Source of the DNA: a virus
Taxonomy: Duplodnaviria > Heunggongvirae > Uroviricota > Caudoviricetes
Virus record (IMG/VR): IMGVR_UViG_2597490227_000004
Strand: one strand, 5' to 3'
DNA length: 7,690 bases
Shown: positions 6,226-7,690 of the stretch, one piece after another
How the letters are laid out: each line of letters begins with the position of its first letter
Numbering within the stretch: position 1 is the stretch's first letter
Translations under genes and position numbers: made by a program
The notes under the pieces: model-generated
Databases searched by the model: none
What the model was told of the DNA's origin: nothing
What the model saw: the letters and a program-made list of their open reading frames with translations, nothing else

Positions 6226-6295
6226 ACGGATAGTCCTGGTATTGTTCCATCACATCTTGAGGATGCTCTTCGAACTCTTCAAATTCTTCTTCCAT
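6209..6295 (-). CDS. orf28: orf28-like acidic micro-protein (28 aa; MEEEFEEFEEHPQDVMEQYQDYPYDYDY)
   Basis: Hand translation from ATG 6293-6295 with AAGGTG RBS 5 nt upstream. It overlaps the ral start by 17 nt, the same arrangement as lambda orf28. Confidence 0.5.
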   Translation of the reverse strand: MEEEFEEFEEHPQDVMEQYQDYPYDYDY

Positions 6296-6438
6296 ATATC
6301 ACCTTAAATAGTGGATTGCGGTAGTAAAGATTGTGCCTGTCTTTTAACCACATCAGGCTCGGTGGTTCTCGTGTACCCCTACAACGAGAAATCGGATAAA
6401 CTCTATTCACCCCTACAGAGAGCAAAAGAGAAACGCCG

Positions 6439-7020
6439 ATGAACAACTCATGGTGGCAGGAACTAATGCATTTTTTCCTGCAAGGAATGACACTTAAACA
6501 GTTGATTCATATGCTAATCATCCTGATCATATTGATTATTGTTATGCCGGTAAGCGTAAAAGAATGGATAAACCTGCATAATCCAGAAATCCTTCCTCAT
6601 TACTGGATGTATTACATCCTGTTGTTTTGCGTTAGCTATGTGCTTAACGGCGTTGTTAATTCCGCTTATCACGCTGTGACTGAAAGAATTGAGGTATTCG
6701 CTGCTCAGAAGCGCAAATCTAAAGAAGAAAAATATGTGCAAGATTTGTTTGATTCGTTAACTCTTGGAGAAAGAGCGTATTTGGCATTCGCTGTAGCCGC
6801 TAATAACCAGCTACAAACGGAAAAGGGCGCTCATGAATCAATTTCATTGCTCAAAAAAGGACTCCTCGTTCGAAGGCCTCCTGCTGTTGGATATCCTGAT
6901 ACCGACCGTTTCGTTATCCCTGAAAGCTATAGACATGAGTGCTACATTAGGTTTGCCGGGAAGGCAGACAGCCTTATGGATGAACTTATCGCTCAGGATA
7001 AGCATGGCAAAAACAAGTAA
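6439..7020 (+). CDS. sieB: Superinfection exclusion protein B (SieB), membrane protein, 193 aa
   Basis: The only convincing plus-strand gene. It has a hydrophobic N-terminal region (LIHMLIILIILIIVMPVSV, YWMYYILLFCVSYVLNGVV) and matches lambda/P22 SieB by recall. It is convergent with N. Confidence 0.8.
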   Translation: MNNSWWQELMHFFLQGMTLKQLIHMLIILIILIIVMPVSVKEWINLHNPEILPHYWMYYILLFCVSYVLNGVVNSAYHAVTERIEVFAAQKRKSKEEKYVQDLFDSLTLGERAYLAFAVAANNQLQTEKGAHESISLLKKGLLVRRPPAVGYPDTDRFVIPESYRHECYIRFAGKADSLMDELIAQDKHGKNK

Positions 7021-7036
7021 TTAGCAAATGAATTTA

Positions 7037-7309
7037 TCATCTCGCCGTCAGTTGTTTTGATTTCCGGTAGCCTGCCGCGTAAAGAGCTACGTTCGGAAGA
7101 CAAGTTGAACCTTCATATTTTCTGGTCAACGTTGTCAGAGTTATCACTTCTGCTCTCATTGCTGGTTTGAGCTTGCATTGCAAGACCACTCGTGAAGGGG
7201 TTGGCCTGTGTAGCTTGTCGGAGCTGATCGCCTCCTGACTTTGCAGATTTGCGCGACGAGCTCTACGGCGAGAAGCTGCGGTGCCTTTAAATTCTGTTTT
7301 TCTGGACAT
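7037..7309 (-). CDS. N: N-type transcription antiterminator (90 aa from ATG 7307-7309), not lambda N
   Basis: GGGAGG RBS 4 nt upstream of ATG 7309. Arginine-rich motif GTAASRRRARRANLQ near the N-terminus, as in N proteins. The C-terminus CLPNVALYAAGYRKSKQLTAR matches H-19B/933W-type N by recall. The ORF-track start at 7381 is an upstream extension. Confidence 0.8.
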   Translation of the reverse strand: MSRKTEFKGTAASRRRARRANLQSQEAISSDKLHRPTPSRVVLQCKLKPAMRAEVITLTTLTRKYEGSTCLPNVALYAAGYRKSKQLTAR

Positions 7310-7407
7310 GGATTCCTCCCGAATAAACTTTGGCGATGCAATCTCGAAGCTCCTCCTGAGACGGTTGCTTCGGCATTGCATCCCACAGCTTATGTGGTTG
7401 GGTGATC

Positions 7408-7452
7408 TGGCTTTTCAGCCACGTAGTCGAGAGTCGACGTTGTTTAAAGAGC
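7408..7452 (-). promoter_or_regulatory. nutL: Candidate nutL: boxA (GCTCTTTAAACAA) plus boxB-like hairpin with GAAA loop
   Basis: On the minus strand, GCTCTTTAAACAA (plus 7440-7452) closely matches the boxA consensus. 18 nt downstream lies UGGCU-GAAA-AGCCA (plus 7408-7421), a 5-bp stem with a GNRA-type loop. Both sit in the N leader about 100 nt upstream of the N ATG. Confidence 0.4.
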
Positions 7453-7497
7453 CTGCCAGTCTGTTCCATTTGGCTTCCAGCGTCCTGCTGACGGTTA

Positions 7498-7533
7498 AAT
7501 AGTACGATATGTACTTTACAAGATCAATACAAT
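7498..7533 (-). promoter_or_regulatory. Candidate pL promoter with overlapping operator-like inverted repeat
   Basis: Minus-strand -35 TTGTAT (plus 7528-7533), 17-nt spacer, -10 TATCGT (plus 7505-7510), each 4/6 to consensus. The inverted repeat AGTAC-GATAT-GTACT at 7502-7516 overlaps the -10. The call is weak. Confidence 0.2.
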
Positions 7534-7690
7534 TTGTTGTAAGTTGGCGTGGTTTTTTATAACGCTTTGTATTTAATAGTGTTGTTTTTTAGCGTGGATG
7601 TATTGCCTCGGCGATGTAAGGAGAGATCAGAATTGCGTGGTTTAGTGGGTTGCATCTATTTATTTTTCAATAAATATAATTGGTTATGTG

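Noticed and set aside
6514-7024. ORFs 6514-6741 (-) and 6833-7024 (+)
   Set aside because: Both lie inside sieB, in the antisense strand or an alternative frame.
7156-7502. ORFs 7156-7386 (-), 7281-7502 (+), 7287-7469 (-) and the 114-aa extension of N to 7381
   Set aside because: They cover the N leader and nut region or sit in alternative frames of N; the N start with the strong GGGAGG RBS is at 7309.
7618-7690. Possible plus-strand gene start (TAAGGAGAG RBS, then TTG at 7634-7636) running off the window
   Set aside because: Only 19 codons are visible with a non-ATG start, and most lambdoid immunity-region genes here would be on the minus strand; cannot be supported without downstream sequence.
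1-7690. tRNA, rRNA, CRISPR array or insertion sequence
   Set aside because: No cloverleaf-compatible sequence, no spaced repeat array, and no transposase-like ORF or terminal inverted repeats were seen; the hairpin at 15-37 does not resemble a tRNA 3' end.

Overview
The window reads as the attL-proximal early-left arm of a lambdoid prophage, transcribed almost entirely on the minus strand. From left to right: a hairpin and three tandem 11-bp repeats next to the integrase stop (candidate attL P-arm), a lambda-family tyrosine integrase and an excisionase (both interrupted by runs of N), then a non-lambda accessory cassette (79-aa hypothetical, ASCH-domain protein, TraR/DksA-type zinc finger, micro-ORFs). 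This is followed by a block I recognise from recall as colinear with and near-identical to phage lambda: orf63, orf60a, exo, bet, gam, kil, cIII, ea10, ral and orf28. The block ends with plus-strand sieB (superinfection exclusion), convergent on a heterologous N-type antiterminator that has a boxA/boxB nut site and a candidate pL/operator region at the right edge. The prophage is therefore mosaic: lambda-like recombination and host-takeover genes flanked by non-lambda int/xis and N modules. I could not support any novel multi-gene system; the most notable points are the att-arm repeats, the accessory cassette between xis and the Red module, an apparent frameshift in the GamL N-terminal extension, coding ambiguity in the orf61 region, and the sieB/N/nutL arrangement. 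No tRNA, rRNA or CRISPR array is evident. All identifications rest on reading the translations and on recalled protein sequences; no database search was run.
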